NCBI GenBank assembly: GCA_019057795.1
Contig: JAHLWS010000042.1
Location: 1-64,000 of the forward strand
Length of the DNA stretch: 64,000 bases
Reading direction: 5' to 3'
DNA from: Promethearchaeota archaeon
Lineage (GTDB): Archaea; Asgardarchaeota; Lokiarchaeia; Sigyniarchaeales; SOKP01
Part shown: piece by piece, positions 29,464 through 40,117 of the stretch
Position numbering within the stretch: position 1 is the stretch's first letter
Layout: every line of letters begins with the position of its first letter
Translations under genes and position numbers: made by a program
Notes under the pieces: model-generated
The model's database searches: none
What the model saw: the letters and a program-made list of their open reading frames with translations, nothing else
What the model was told of the DNA's origin: nothing

Positions 29464-30603
29464 ATGAATAAGTTCGAAAAAGCTCAAAAAGTACTCCACG
29501 AACTGAAGAGCGATGGTTGGTTAATTGTTTGCAACGAAGATAGCGATGTTAATTCTCGATTTCTAATAGGTGTTGAATCTCACGCCCGACACTACATCTA
29601 TGTGGCAAAAGATGGGAAACATAAAGTCCTTGCCGTCGAAATGGAAGCACCTATGATCGAGCGTTCTTTAAAAAGCAGAGGAATTGATGTTGATGTAATA
29701 GCCTATAGATCTATAAAGGATTTAGTTTCATCGTTAACTTCAATAATTAATAAACCACGAATAGCTCTGAATTTTGGGGAAAGTATTTTAAGCGCGGAAA
29801 GTACGGCATATGCGGACTATATTCGTGCTGGAGATTATTTTTCGTTGAAAAAGTTGGCTCCTCAAACGGAGTTTATTTCAGCAGCACCAATAATAGATAA
29901 TTTAAGGAGCGTTAAATCTTCAGAGGAATTAAATGACTTACGGAACGTGTGTAAAGCAACTATAGAAATCTTAGATACGATACCGGATTGGGTTAAAGTT
30001 GGTATGACAGAAAAAGAAATCAAAGCAAAAATAGAATACGAATATATGAAGTTAGGAAAACCATCATTTGGAGCGATTGTTGCAACCGGAGCTCATTCAG
30101 CCGATCCTCACCACAACACATCCATGAAAAAAATTGAACAAGGAGTTTTATTAATAGATACTGGACTACAAATTGATGAGATGTGTTCTGACATAACTTG
30201 GACATTTTGGGTCGGGAAACATCCTACGGAAGAGTTTATTCGCGCGTATCACGCTCTTTATGATTCTAAACAAGTGGCAAATAAATACTTTACTGATGGC
30301 ACCCCAAACAATATGTCCGCTAAAAAATGTCGCGAATATTTATCAGAAGAGGGGTACGATCATGAAAAACTATTTTTCCATGGATTAGGGCATTCGTTAG
30401 GTTTTGAAGCGCATGACATTGGAGGAAGAATAAGTTGGAAAATGCCTGACAAATATAAACTTAAAGAAAATATGGTATACACTAACGAACCAGGTTTATA
30501 CTGGTTAGGTAAGTGGGGAATAAGATTAGAAGACGATATAATAATTGGTAAAAATGAATGCGAGCAAGTTACTTTTCTCTCAAAAGAACCAATTCAAATA
30601 TAA
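29464..30603 (+). CDS. M24 family Xaa-Pro peptidase
   Basis: PHH, IDTG, SDITWT, HGLGHSLG..AHD, EPG, RLEDD. Confidence 0.9.
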   Translation: MNKFEKAQKVLHELKSDGWLIVCNEDSDVNSRFLIGVESHARHYIYVAKDGKHKVLAVEMEAPMIERSLKSRGIDVDVIAYRSIKDLVSSLTSIINKPRIALNFGESILSAESTAYADYIRAGDYFSLKKLAPQTEFISAAPIIDNLRSVKSSEELNDLRNVCKATIEILDTIPDWVKVGMTEKEIKAKIEYEYMKLGKPSFGAIVATGAHSADPHHNTSMKKIEQGVLLIDTGLQIDEMCSDITWTFWVGKHPTEEFIRAYHALYDSKQVANKYFTDGTPNNMSAKKCREYLSEEGYDHEKLFFHGLGHSLGFEAHDIGGRISWKMPDKYKLKENMVYTNEPGLYWLGKWGIRLEDDIIIGKNECEQVTFLSKEPIQI

Positions 30604-30617
30604 TTAAAAGAAAAGCG

Positions 30618-31928
30618 TTATAATTTTATAGAGATTGGAAAATCTTTTGTTTCTTCTATTTTGTTTTGATCAGAGTCCATAAATTTTATAATTATTTTAA
30701 TTATGTAGTCTCCTGCTTCAATGGGTTTAAGACTAATTTCCCATTTTAAATCTTCCTTCGTCTTCAATGAAAAGATTTGTTTATTCGTGGTACCCCTCAT
30801 AACTTTCAAATCTTCGGGAAATTCAACATCAATTTTTACATCTAACGCTTCTCCTTCGCCTTCATTCTCAACCACAATTTCTAAGGGAAACGTTTGACCA
30901 ATAAGAGGAGGTCTTAAATTCTTAATCGATGCATTTAATGTGGTAGGAGGAGAAATTAGATGTGGTTCTATCGATTGAGTTTTATAAATAAATATCAAAT
31001 TATTGTTTAACTCGCACGTTAAAAACATAGGACCTATTCTTGGATTATCGACTTGAAAATGTGGTTTAAATGTGAACTCTAAGTGCGATTGTTTTCCAAC
31101 TTCAATTCGGAAAGGAACTTTTGATTTTTTACTAATAGACAAATTATCTGAGAGATTTACTAATATTTTTGTTATGTTGAATTCGTCTAATTCATAATGT
31201 AAAAAAGAGTCTTTTAAAACTTGTAAGAGGTTTGAAGTATCAAAACCCAAATTCAAATTTATAATTTCTTTAGTCGTGTATGTTTCTTTATCTAATTTAA
31301 ATGTGATGTTTATTAAAAGCTTAAATTTTGTTAATAGTAAAACGTTCTTTAACAATTTTAATTCAGCATCTCTGAATTTATAACGCCCAATATTGTTTTT
31401 AATTTTATCGAGATATTTTAGATCCTCATCTCTTAGTGCTATTGTTAGTTCAGAAACGAGCTTTATTAGAGAATGTTCTTTAAAATATTCTTTATCAACT
31501 CTTTTTTTAGTTCTTTTTATAAAATCTAAACCCTCATCAGGAGAACCTTTAACAAACGAGCATAAATACGATAATACCGGAAATATTACGAAATTTGAAT
31601 TCCTATCGCTGCTATTTTTCAATTTAGGAATATAGTTAATGACCTCTTTATAAATTTGGTTAGCTTCTAAAAATTTACTATCATGTAAACAAGCCTCTCC
31701 AGATTGTCTTAATAACTCGATACTAGTATCAAATTTCTCTAATATTATAAACGCTTTTGCACCATTAATGAAACAAACTTTTGCTTTTTCAAATTCATTT
31801 AATTTAAGATAAGAATTTCCCGCTACATGGTATTTATTACCAGCTTTTTTAAATTGTCTAGCCTTAAACAGTTGCTCAGCTCTTAAAAATTGATTTTCGG
31901 CAACTAATCTTTGATCCTTCTTTCCCAT
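30618..31928 (-). CDS. TPR/SNAP-like alpha-solenoid protein with two C-terminal Ig-like domains
   Basis: Helical repeats AGNKYHVAGNSYLKL..AKVCFINGA; C-terminal GQTFPLEIVVENEGEGEA..V.VEFPEDL..W.I..P..AGDY Ig/DUF11-like pattern. Confidence 0.6.
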   Translation of the reverse strand: MGKKDQRLVAENQFLRAEQLFKARQFKKAGNKYHVAGNSYLKLNEFEKAKVCFINGAKAFIILEKFDTSIELLRQSGEACLHDSKFLEANQIYKEVINYIPKLKNSSDRNSNFVIFPVLSYLCSFVKGSPDEGLDFIKRTKKRVDKEYFKEHSLIKLVSELTIALRDEDLKYLDKIKNNIGRYKFRDAELKLLKNVLLLTKFKLLINITFKLDKETYTTKEIINLNLGFDTSNLLQVLKDSFLHYELDEFNITKILVNLSDNLSISKKSKVPFRIEVGKQSHLEFTFKPHFQVDNPRIGPMFLTCELNNNLIFIYKTQSIEPHLISPPTTLNASIKNLRPPLIGQTFPLEIVVENEGEGEALDVKIDVEFPEDLKVMRGTTNKQIFSLKTKEDLKWEISLKPIEAGDYIIKIIIKFMDSDQNKIEETKDFPISIKL

Positions 31929-32090
31929 TAAAAATCACTATTATTATTATAAATTCATTGTGAAATTAAAAATTAAGTGAATAGTCTGAATTTTCTATTA
32001 TAATATTACATAGAATAAAACCTTTAAAAAAAAAAGATTTTTAATTGTTTTAAACTTCAAATTCTATTAATTTAGAATAAATAATAATTT

Positions 32091-32156
32091 CCGAAACCAT
32101 AGCTAATGTTTTGTCATCTTGCGACTAATATTTTCTCGCAAAAGTCATTCCTTCGG
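32091..32156 (-). promoter_or_regulatory. SECIS element, eukaryote-like (Lokiarchaeal type), in the 3' UTR of hdrA-mvhD
   Basis: Minus strand: CCGAAGGA-AUGAC-UUUUGCGA-GAAAAUAUUAG-UCGCAAGA-UGAC...UUCGG. AUGA/GA core, 8-bp upper stem, AAAA in the loop, lower CCGAA/UUCGG stem, directly after the mvhD stop. Confidence 0.8.
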
Positions 32157-32157
32157 T

Positions 32158-32631
32158 TTAATTTTTCTTTTGTTCTTTTTTTGAATCTTTTTTGCTCTTT
32201 TCGGAACGCAGAGATTCTTTAATTGGATTGCTGCCTAAATTTTCGATTATTTCTGAGACTCTGGTGACTTCTTCTTGAAATTTTTGGCCTTCAGCCGCGC
32301 TACAATGGAACATTTGGATTCTATCGGGGGAAACACCTGTAGTTTTTAAAATTTCTCTCGTATACTTCACGTTTCTTGCTGCTACTAAATTACCCGTTTC
32401 ATAATCGCATTCTCCTTCGTATCATCCAGCAACAATAACTCCATCGGCACCCTTTCCAATCGCGCGCATCATTAGTGAAGGCGTTACGCGTCCAGTACAG
32501 TTGATTCTTATAGGTCTAATCGTAGAAGGGTATTGAGCTCGTATCGTACCAGCCATATCTCCAGCACCATAACCTCATTTCCAGCACATAAATGCTAAAA
32601 TCTTTATTTGGTCTTTATCGTTTGTCGTCAC
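32158..32631 (-). CDS. mvhD: Hydrogenase iron-sulfur subunit MvhD/VhuD, selenoprotein with 2 Sec (UGA at 32575-32577 and 32422-32424)
   Basis: GTG start after GAGGTG. Reads ILAFMCWK-U-GYGAGDMAG..INCTGRV..GADGVIVAG-U-YEGECDY..CSAAEG; both UGAs sit at conserved Cys ligand positions. 157 aa. Confidence 0.92.
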
Positions 32632-32644
32632 TTTTTACACCTCT

Positions 32645-34609
32645 CTATATCTCTTCTAAAATAGCATCGATTTGTTTTTCATATTGAGGTTCACGGTAGT
32701 ATCTTAGCGTAATCGCCTCAGAAGGACAATTGGCTAAGCACGAACCGCATCCACGGCATAATATCTCGTTTACTTCTGCTCCGTCAGCTAAAGTCTTAAT
32801 CGCATCGTAAGGACAATTTAATTCACACAGTCCACATTTCGCACATCTATCTTTATCTACAGTAGCTCGAATTAATAAAATCCTATATTTATCCTTCCAC
32901 ATCAATCGTGCTAAAGAAGATGCTGCTGCTCTCCCTTGAGCTATTGATTCAGCTATAGATTTAGGGCTTTGAGAAGCTCCTGCAAGTACGATACCCGGAA
33001 TTTTTGTGTCAATTGGATTTAAACGAGAGTGAAATTCCTTGAAGAATCCATCTCGGCTCGTTTCAAGCTTTAAGATTCTTCCAATTTTCCCTACTCCCTT
33101 TGCGGGTACCATAGCGCACGATAGAACAACCATATCGTACTCAAGTTCTTTTAATCTTGTGCTACTAAGTGTGTTTTGGATAATTATTTTAAGATTTTGA
33201 GTTTCTGGGTCTTCTTGAATTTTTGAGACATTAGTTCTAATGTATCTTATACCTTCTTTTCGTGATGCGGTGTAATACTCTTCATAATCTTTTCCAGCGG
33301 CTCGAATATCTATGTAGGCAACAGAGATTTCCATTTCAGGATAATGTTGTTTTATAAGTTTAGTATTTTTAATTGAAATCATACAACATACTCCGGCACT
33401 GCAATAAGTATTCATGTTCAAATCTCTCGATCCGACACATTGAATAAATAGTATTTTTTCAGGTTTTTTTCCGTCAGAAGGGCGAACTAGATGTCCAACG
33501 GTTGGTCCGTTAGGTGCAAGCATCCTTTCTAACTTCATTTGGGTTATTACATTTGGATAAACGTTGTAACCTAAATAACCCGTTTCTGGTTCGTACTCGT
33601 CCCATCCTGTAGCTACTATTATTGAGCCAACTTCAACATCTACAATTTCATCTTCTTGATCAAAATCAATTGCTTTAAATTCACAAACACCTTTGCATAA
33701 TTCACATTTAATGCATCTCGTCATATCAATTTGGGCTATCGAGGGTACTGCTTGAGCAAAGGAAACGTAAATTGCTTTTCTCGGGTTCATTCCTTCGTTA
33801 AATTCGTCGTATCCGTAAGCGGGACACACTTCAAAGCAAGCACCGCAACCATTGCAGTCGTTATTAACATACCTTGCCCTTTTTCGGATTTTAACATTGA
33901 AGTTTCCAACAAATCCAGAAACATCTTCCACTTCACTATAAGTATATACATTTAACCCTGGAGTTCTTGATGCTTCGAGCATAACAGGGCCAAGGATTCA
34001 TATACTGCAATCGTCAGTGGGAAATGTTCGATCTAACATAGCCATTTTTCCACCTGTTGTCGGATTTTTCTCAACCAAATGGACTTCAAAACCCTCTTCA
34101 GCCAAATCTATTCCTGCTGATAATCCTGCTACGCCACCGCCAATAATTAAGGCTTTCTTAGTGATATCTACCTCTTTGACTAAGATTTTTTCTAAAACAC
34201 TAGCCCTAGCAACACCAGACCGAATAACATCCTCAGCGGTTCTTTGTGCCCCTGGTTTATCTTGTCTGTGGACATAACTCGCGTGTTCTCGTATGTTCAC
34301 GAATTCCAAGTAAGAAGGGTCCAAACCCATAGATTCTAGTACGCTTTTAAAAACCGGTTCGTGAGTTTTGGGGGTGCAAGATGCCATAACTAACCTATTA
34401 GCGTTGTTCTCGAGCATTTTTTCTTTAATGAACTCAGCCCCAGGTTGTGTACACATTGATATATAATCTAAAGCTTCAACTACATTTGGAAGCGTTTTTG
34501 AATATTCTGATAGAGCTTTTGTATCAATTATTTCGGCAATATTAATACCTCATTGGCATACTGCCACGAAGATTCTTGGTTCATCATTTGTAATTTTAGT
34601 TTCTACCAT
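32645..34609 (-). CDS. hdrA: Heterodisulfide reductase subunit A, selenoprotein with 2 Sec (UGA at 34550-34552 and 33998-34000)
   Basis: One continuous frame of 654 aa: RIFVAVCQ-U-GINIA (consensus CxCGxNI), ASCTP, IGGGVAG, TFPTDDCSI-U-ILGP (consensus DCSxCI), ferredoxin motifs, QCVGSRD. Confidence 0.93.
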
Positions 34610-34833
34610 TGCATATCATTCCTTTTGTTCCTTTTTGTTAGTTTCCTCCAATAATTTGTAATTATTGTTATTATGAATCTAAATATTTTATTCTAATTTA
34701 AAATATCTGATTAAAAAAAATTAACTTTAAATCAAAAATCTTTTATGTATTTTTTAAGTAATTAAGTAATTGAATAAAAAAAAGTTCAATTAAATCAAAT
34801 TTAAATAGAACTTCTACGGTTATTGAGATAGAG

Positions 34834-35262
34834 ATGTTATTAAATTTATTACAAATGGGAGGTCCTCTAAATGAGGAGACTATGGGTCTAATCCTTATGG
34901 CTGCTTTTGCGGGTGGAGATATCTTGTTATTAAAGCTCGGGTTAACAATAACTAAAGCTCAAAAAAGAACTAGTATGAAATGGGTAGCGGTAAGTTTTCT
35001 AATTCAATTCGGAGTAATTCTTATTATTAGTTCTCCCATGTTTTTGTTAGGATTCGCAGGGGCGTTCAAAGGAGAACCTGAAGTAATCATCCCAATAATA
35101 ATACTTTGTACTTTTATTGACTTAAACGTAATTAATGTCATACATCAAGTTGGCCTTAAACGTTCGTTAATCGTAGTATCGATAATAATCCTTCCCATCG
35201 TCTTTATTATGGTTAATATAGGATCCGTTCTCTCAGGTCCCCCAGGTCCCCCAGGATTTTAA
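34834..35262 (+). CDS. Hypothetical membrane protein (about 4 TM)
   Basis: Four hydrophobic segments; ATG start; ends in GPPGPPGF. Confidence 0.7.
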   Translation: MLLNLLQMGGPLNEETMGLILMAAFAGGDILLLKLGLTITKAQKRTSMKWVAVSFLIQFGVILIISSPMFLLGFAGAFKGEPEVIIPIIILCTFIDLNVINVIHQVGLKRSLIVVSIIILPIVFIMVNIGSVLSGPPGPPGF

Positions 35263-35272
35263 TAATTTATTT

Positions 35273-36193
35273 TCACAAATTAATTTCTTTGTTAATTTTC
35301 TTGTTCATGTCAATGATTTCGTCTCTCGCAGCTTCACCATACTTATCAGGAGAGAATGATTCTTTTTTATCATACGAATATATTATCCCTCTTGACGAAT
35401 TTACAATTCCCCCCAATCCATTATCGTTAAAACCGTGTTTAATTTCTTTCGCCTGAGCACCTTGAGCTCCAAACCCCGGTATTAGTATGTAGGAGTTTTT
35501 GACTATTTTCCTTATTGCTTTTAATTCTTGTGGGTAAGTTGCTCCTACTACTACTCCCAAATTATGAAAATTAGAAATTTGTTCAAGGTTTTGTCCCCAC
35601 ATAGAAACTAGTTTTGCCATGTGGATATAATTTCTTTCCAGGGTTATATGATCTACTATAACTTCAACATCAGAGTCGGGAACATTAAGGATCCTAGCGC
35701 TAAAGATATCTTGAAAATCTTTACTACTAGGGTTTGAAGTTTTTACTAAAATAAAAAGACCTTTCTCTTTATAACTTAAATAGGGTTTAATCCCATCAAA
35801 TCCAAGGTATGCGTTTATTGTACAAGCGTCAGCATTATAAACTTTAAACGTGGAATACGCGTACGCTTCCGAAGTTGAACCAATATCGTTACGCTTTGAA
35901 TCTAAAATGACAAGTAAATCTTTTTTATGGGCGTATTTTATCGTTTCTTTCAACGCTGCTAACGCCTCATATTTCTCGTAAAATGCGATCTGCGGTTTTA
36001 CAACGGGGATTAAATCAGATGCATGATCAATAAGATTTTTGTTAAATTCTAGAATTATTTTACTCGGTTCTTTTAACTCATCTATTAAATACTTAGGAAT
36101 TTCGCCTTGCTTATCCATCCTGGGATCAAGTCCCATACAAACTACGCTTTTCTTATCCTTTATAGACTGAATTAATCGTTCAATAAAATGCAT
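35273..36193 (-). CDS. pyrF: Orotidine-5'-phosphate decarboxylase
   Basis: CMGLDP, KPQIAFYE, ILDSKRNDIGST, KTSNP, VVGAT, LIPGFGAQG, NSSRGI. ATG at 36193 preferred as start. Confidence 0.93.
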   Translation of the reverse strand: MHFIERLIQSIKDKKSVVCMGLDPRMDKQGEIPKYLIDELKEPSKIILEFNKNLIDHASDLIPVVKPQIAFYEKYEALAALKETIKYAHKKDLLVILDSKRNDIGSTSEAYAYSTFKVYNADACTINAYLGFDGIKPYLSYKEKGLFILVKTSNPSSKDFQDIFSARILNVPDSDVEVIVDHITLERNYIHMAKLVSMWGQNLEQISNFHNLGVVVGATYPQELKAIRKIVKNSYILIPGFGAQGAQAKEIKHGFNDNGLGGIVNSSRGIIYSYDKKESFSPDKYGEAARDEIIDMNKKINKEINL

Positions 36194-36489
36194 ATCTAAC
36201 TTTGGTGATTTTTTTATATAATATTGGCAATACACTTAATAATCATTAGCATTGAATTATCAAAATTTTAGAAATTTTTAGCAATAATCTTAAATCTGTA
36301 TATATATAGGAAGTGGTTTCTAAAAAATTTAAAGAATAAAATAAAAAATAGAATTAATTAATTTTATTTAAAAGATTTATACTCCTGAAAAACAGGAGTA
36401 AGCTGTATCTACAGATATTAAATATAAGAATATTATCAAAAACAGTTAAAAAAACATATTTTTTTAACTTCTAAAAATTTCAGAGAAAT

Positions 36490-36834
36490 TTAAATTTGGT
36501 TAATTATTTCTCTCAAAATCTGTTCATTGAAAGATCCAATTGTAACTCCTTTATTTACGATTAATTCCCCATACACTCTAATGTTTTTATTTAAGAGCTT
36601 GCAATCCTTAAAAAATATTAAAGCGGGTACTACATTGATATTCAATTCTCGAGCTAACTTAGAATTGTCACCAATATCAATTTCTTTTAACTTTATAAAA
36701 CCTTCATCTCTAATTTGTTGTAATGTTGTAGAGAGTAATTTACAAGACCTACACCATTTAGTACATAAAACAATTATAAATATACCTTCATCAGGACCAT
36801 CAATTCCAAATTTTTTTAACTCTTCTATATCCAA
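36490..36834 (-). CDS. Thioredoxin family protein
   Basis: WCRSC active-site motif; VVPALIFFKD cis-Pro motif. Confidence 0.8.
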   Translation of the reverse strand: MDIEELKKFGIDGPDEGIFIIVLCTKWCRSCKLLSTTLQQIRDEGFIKLKEIDIGDNSKLARELNINVVPALIFFKDCKLLNKNIRVYGELIVNKGVTIGSFNEQILREIINQI

Positions 36835-36855
36835 ATAATGTTATCTCTTTTTTTT

Positions 36856-38217
36856 TTAACTTCCATATTCTTCAATAATGTTATAGATTTTATCAATTAA
36901 ATCTCCAATATCAATAGTACTTTGTTCCTCTGTTTTCATATTTTTAATAGAAACTTTATCATTCTCAGCTTCTTTTGGTCCTATTATCAATACGATTAAA
37001 ACACCAAGCTCATTAGCTTTTTTTAATTGGTTTTTTAAATTTTTAAATCTGTAATCTATTATGCACGGAAAATCCTCATCTCTTACCATTTTTGCTAATT
37101 TTAACGCGTAATTAGACACATTATCGTTAATAGAGGCAATATAAATAGTATCAGTATAGTCTTTTTCTTTAATTTCTTCAGGAATTAAATTATATGTTTT
37201 TAAGAATAATGAAAACATTAACACGCCCATTCCAAACCCTATTCCTGATATTTTTTCGTCTGAGAATAGAGATAACAAGTCGTCGTAACGTCCTCCTCCA
37301 AAAATGCTTCTGATGTTATCTTTTCCGGTATCCAATACTTCGAATACAATACCAGTATAATAATCTAGACCTCTAACAACGCTTGAAGAAAATGTACAAT
37401 ATTCTGTGATGTTTGCTTCTGAAAGTAATAAATTAAAATTTACTAATTCAACATAACCGCGAGAATTGTAAAACTCTTCGGGGATATCCTCGAATTTATT
37501 TAATAAATCCTCTAAAGATGTAGACTCTTTTAGCTTAAAAATGCCTTGTACAATTGTTTCGTCTTGGAAAGAGTCAAGAACAAATCTCTCAAATTCCGAT
37601 TCCTCTAATTTATCGAATTTATCTAATACTTTATATATTAACTTTGATTTCCCTTTAGGTACTTTTAGTATCAGTTCAAACACAGAATCGATAAATCGTC
37701 GATTATTATAAAAAATTTGAAATTGATCTGATGTGGCTCCAAATTCTAAAAAGATATCAACTACGGCATTAAATATTTCGAGTTCTGCATAGAGACCATT
37801 TTCTCCCAAGATGTCCATGTTAATCTGCTTAAATTCCCTTTTCCGACCTTTCTGGGGTCGCTCGTACCTATAACATGTAGGTACTGAAAACCACCTTATG
37901 GGTTTTTTAAGTTCTTGACTTTTTGCCGTGATCATTCGTGCTAACGATGGAGTAAGTTCTGGAATTAGTATTAACTTTTCTCCTTTTTTCTTCTCTACAA
38001 TGAAGGATTGTTCATTTACTAACTCGTCTGAAGATTTAGCAGCAAAAATCTCAATTGGTTCTAATCTTGGACTTTCAAATTCTTCATAACTATATAGTTC
38101 CGCAACATCTCGAATTGTATCAATTATCCAGTTTATTTCCCGTAAATCGGGTGGATAATAATCTTTCATTCCTCTTAGTGGTTTTGTTGAAAATTTCTTA
38201 GACATAATATTATTCAC
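36856..38217 (-). CDS. hisS: Histidine--tRNA ligase
   Basis: RGMKDY, PELTPS, RYERPQKGRKREF, VRGLDYYTG, GGGRYD, C-terminal anticodon-binding domain. Confidence 0.96.
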   Translation of the reverse strand: MNNIMSKKFSTKPLRGMKDYYPPDLREINWIIDTIRDVAELYSYEEFESPRLEPIEIFAAKSSDELVNEQSFIVEKKKGEKLILIPELTPSLARMITAKSQELKKPIRWFSVPTCYRYERPQKGRKREFKQINMDILGENGLYAELEIFNAVVDIFLEFGATSDQFQIFYNNRRFIDSVFELILKVPKGKSKLIYKVLDKFDKLEESEFERFVLDSFQDETIVQGIFKLKESTSLEDLLNKFEDIPEEFYNSRGYVELVNFNLLLSEANITEYCTFSSSVVRGLDYYTGIVFEVLDTGKDNIRSIFGGGRYDDLLSLFSDEKISGIGFGMGVLMFSLFLKTYNLIPEEIKEKDYTDTIYIASINDNVSNYALKLAKMVRDEDFPCIIDYRFKNLKNQLKKANELGVLIVLIIGPKEAENDKVSIKNMKTEEQSTIDIGDLIDKIYNIIEEYGS

Positions 38218-38365
38218 TTAAATTAACGCTAGAGTTATTTAAAAAAACGATCATTTACAAATATTTTTTTCGATTTTATTCGATTAAAACACTCTATTTT
38301 TGATTTTTCTAATTAGGAAGTTTTGAGAAGAAAATCTATTAAAATAATTGAGCTTAAAATTAATT

Positions 38366-38743
38366 ATGTCAGGTATTGAAATTATTAATCCTGGAACCCC
38401 TGTTGCAGGACCTTATAGCCCGGGCATAAAGGTAGGTAATTTACTATTTGTTTCTGGTCAAGGATCGGCTCAGCCGGCAACTGATATTAAAGAACAGACT
38501 TTAGCTGCGCTAACTAATATTAAAAAAATCGTAGAAGCTGCTGGAGGTAAAATTTCGAACATTGTCAACACAACCGTATTTTTAAAGAATATTAAAGAAT
38601 TTAACGAAATGAACAGCGTTTATAAAAGGTTTTTTAATGACAACGGAGTTTCTGAATTTTATCCTGCGAGAGCAACAGTGGAAGTATCAAATTTACCTCT
38701 TGCTAGTATGTTAATAGAAATAAGTGCGATTGTAGCGCTATAA
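38366..38743 (+). CDS. ridA: RidA/YjgF family reactive intermediate deaminase
   Basis: GPYS, LFVSGQ, F..MN.VY, PARATVEV..LP, IEI. Confidence 0.9.
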   Translation: MSGIEIINPGTPVAGPYSPGIKVGNLLFVSGQGSAQPATDIKEQTLAALTNIKKIVEAAGGKISNIVNTTVFLKNIKEFNEMNSVYKRFFNDNGVSEFYPARATVEVSNLPLASMLIEISAIVAL

Positions 38744-38885
38744 ATTAATTAATTATCTTTTTTTTCCTTTTAAATATTATTTCAAATTTTAGGTCATGTC
38801 ACAGCTAATTCCTTATTAACAAAGTCTAAAAAGTAATTTTCATGTATTATCAATTAATTATTAAAGTTGATAGGTTGAAAATAGA

Positions 38886-40070
38886 TTGATATTATCCACT
38901 AGTTATGAGGAATTAAAGGATTTGGTCAAAGATAAAAAATTTCCTATGGTAATTTGTGATCTCGATGCTTTCAATCAGAATTTAGAAAGGGTTGGGAATT
39001 ATTTAAGGAGAGTGAAAAAAAGTTTAAGATTATGCACTAAATCAGTTAGAGTTCCTGAATTGGTAAGTAAAGTTGAAAAGGAAGACTTTGTTAACGGGAT
39101 ATTTACTTATAATTCAGCTGAAGCTTTGTTTTACGCTGAAAATTATAAAATTAAAGATATTTTGTTGGGTTATCCTACGATGTCTAAGGTGGATGTTGAT
39201 GAATTATGCAAAGCAGCTAGCATAGACGGTGTAAGCATTACAGTTATGGTTGACGATGTAAAACATATAAATTTGTTAGAAGAATTAGCAGTTAAAAATA
39301 ATATTGAATTTGATACATTGATCGAAATAGATGTTGCAGACAAATTATTTGGAAGAAATGTTGGCGTTTATAGAAGTCCAATAAGGGACCCCGAAGCAGC
39401 AGTGAAACTAGCACAAATAATAAGTAAAGCAAATAACTTGCATTTTAGGGGAATTATGGGTTACGAAGCTCAAAATGCTAGTATAGGCGATGATAAAGCA
39501 TTATTTAGATTTGCAAAAAAAAGATCTAGGAAACACGTAAATATTTGGCGTCAAAACTTTGTAGACGCCCTTACAAAGGCCGGGTTTCAACCTGAAGTTG
39601 TTAACGGTGGAGGATCTGGGTGTTTTCAAGAAACTGCTGCTGAACCCTCTATAACAGAAATTGGTATAGGGTCTTTGCTTTTTAAATCGCATATTTTCGA
39701 TACAATTAATTCTTTGAACGAGTTTTTACCATCTCTTTTTTTCGTTATTCAAATTGTTAGAAAACCAAAAGAAAATATTGCAACTGCTTTTTCAGGAGGA
39801 TATGTAAGTTCTGGAAGCGTAAGAGCATTACCCATCCCTGTTCTCCCAAAGAAAATAATAACATCTAAAGACGAAGAGTTCGGAGAAGTGCAAACGCCCT
39901 TTACTTTTAACCCGAAACAATTAGATTTAGATCTTGGAGACCCGATATTTTGTAGATTTGGTAAAGCAGGGGAGCCTTTAGGGCATTTTAATCAAGTTTA
40001 TATTTATAAGAATGGTGAAATAATTGACACTTATAAAACCTATAGAGGTTATGGCAAAAGATTTTCTTGA
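38886..40070 (+). CDS. Fold-type III PLP enzyme (alanine racemase-like; DSD1/D-threonine aldolase family)
   Basis: LRLCTKSVR (PLP lysine), GIMGYEAQ, NGGGSG, EIGIGS, GEVQTP, TYRG. Confidence 0.8.
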   Translation: MILSTSYEELKDLVKDKKFPMVICDLDAFNQNLERVGNYLRRVKKSLRLCTKSVRVPELVSKVEKEDFVNGIFTYNSAEALFYAENYKIKDILLGYPTMSKVDVDELCKAASIDGVSITVMVDDVKHINLLEELAVKNNIEFDTLIEIDVADKLFGRNVGVYRSPIRDPEAAVKLAQIISKANNLHFRGIMGYEAQNASIGDDKALFRFAKKRSRKHVNIWRQNFVDALTKAGFQPEVVNGGGSGCFQETAAEPSITEIGIGSLLFKSHIFDTINSLNEFLPSLFFVIQIVRKPKENIATAFSGGYVSSGSVRALPIPVLPKKIITSKDEEFGEVQTPFTFNPKQLDLDLGDPIFCRFGKAGEPLGHFNQVYIYKNGEIIDTYKTYRGYGKRFS

Positions 40071-40117
40071 GAAATCTTAAAGATTTAAGAAAAAAAAGAA
40101 AAAAAATTGAAATTGAC

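Noticed and set aside
32158-34609. hdrA and mvhD as fragmented pseudogenes (as the ORF track suggests)
   Set aside because: All four interruptions are in-frame UGA at conserved Cys sites and a SECIS-like hairpin follows, so selenocysteine is the better explanation.
35236-35259. GPPGPPG collagen-like repeat at the end of the membrane protein
   Set aside because: Only a 9-nt duplication, far too short for a triple helix.
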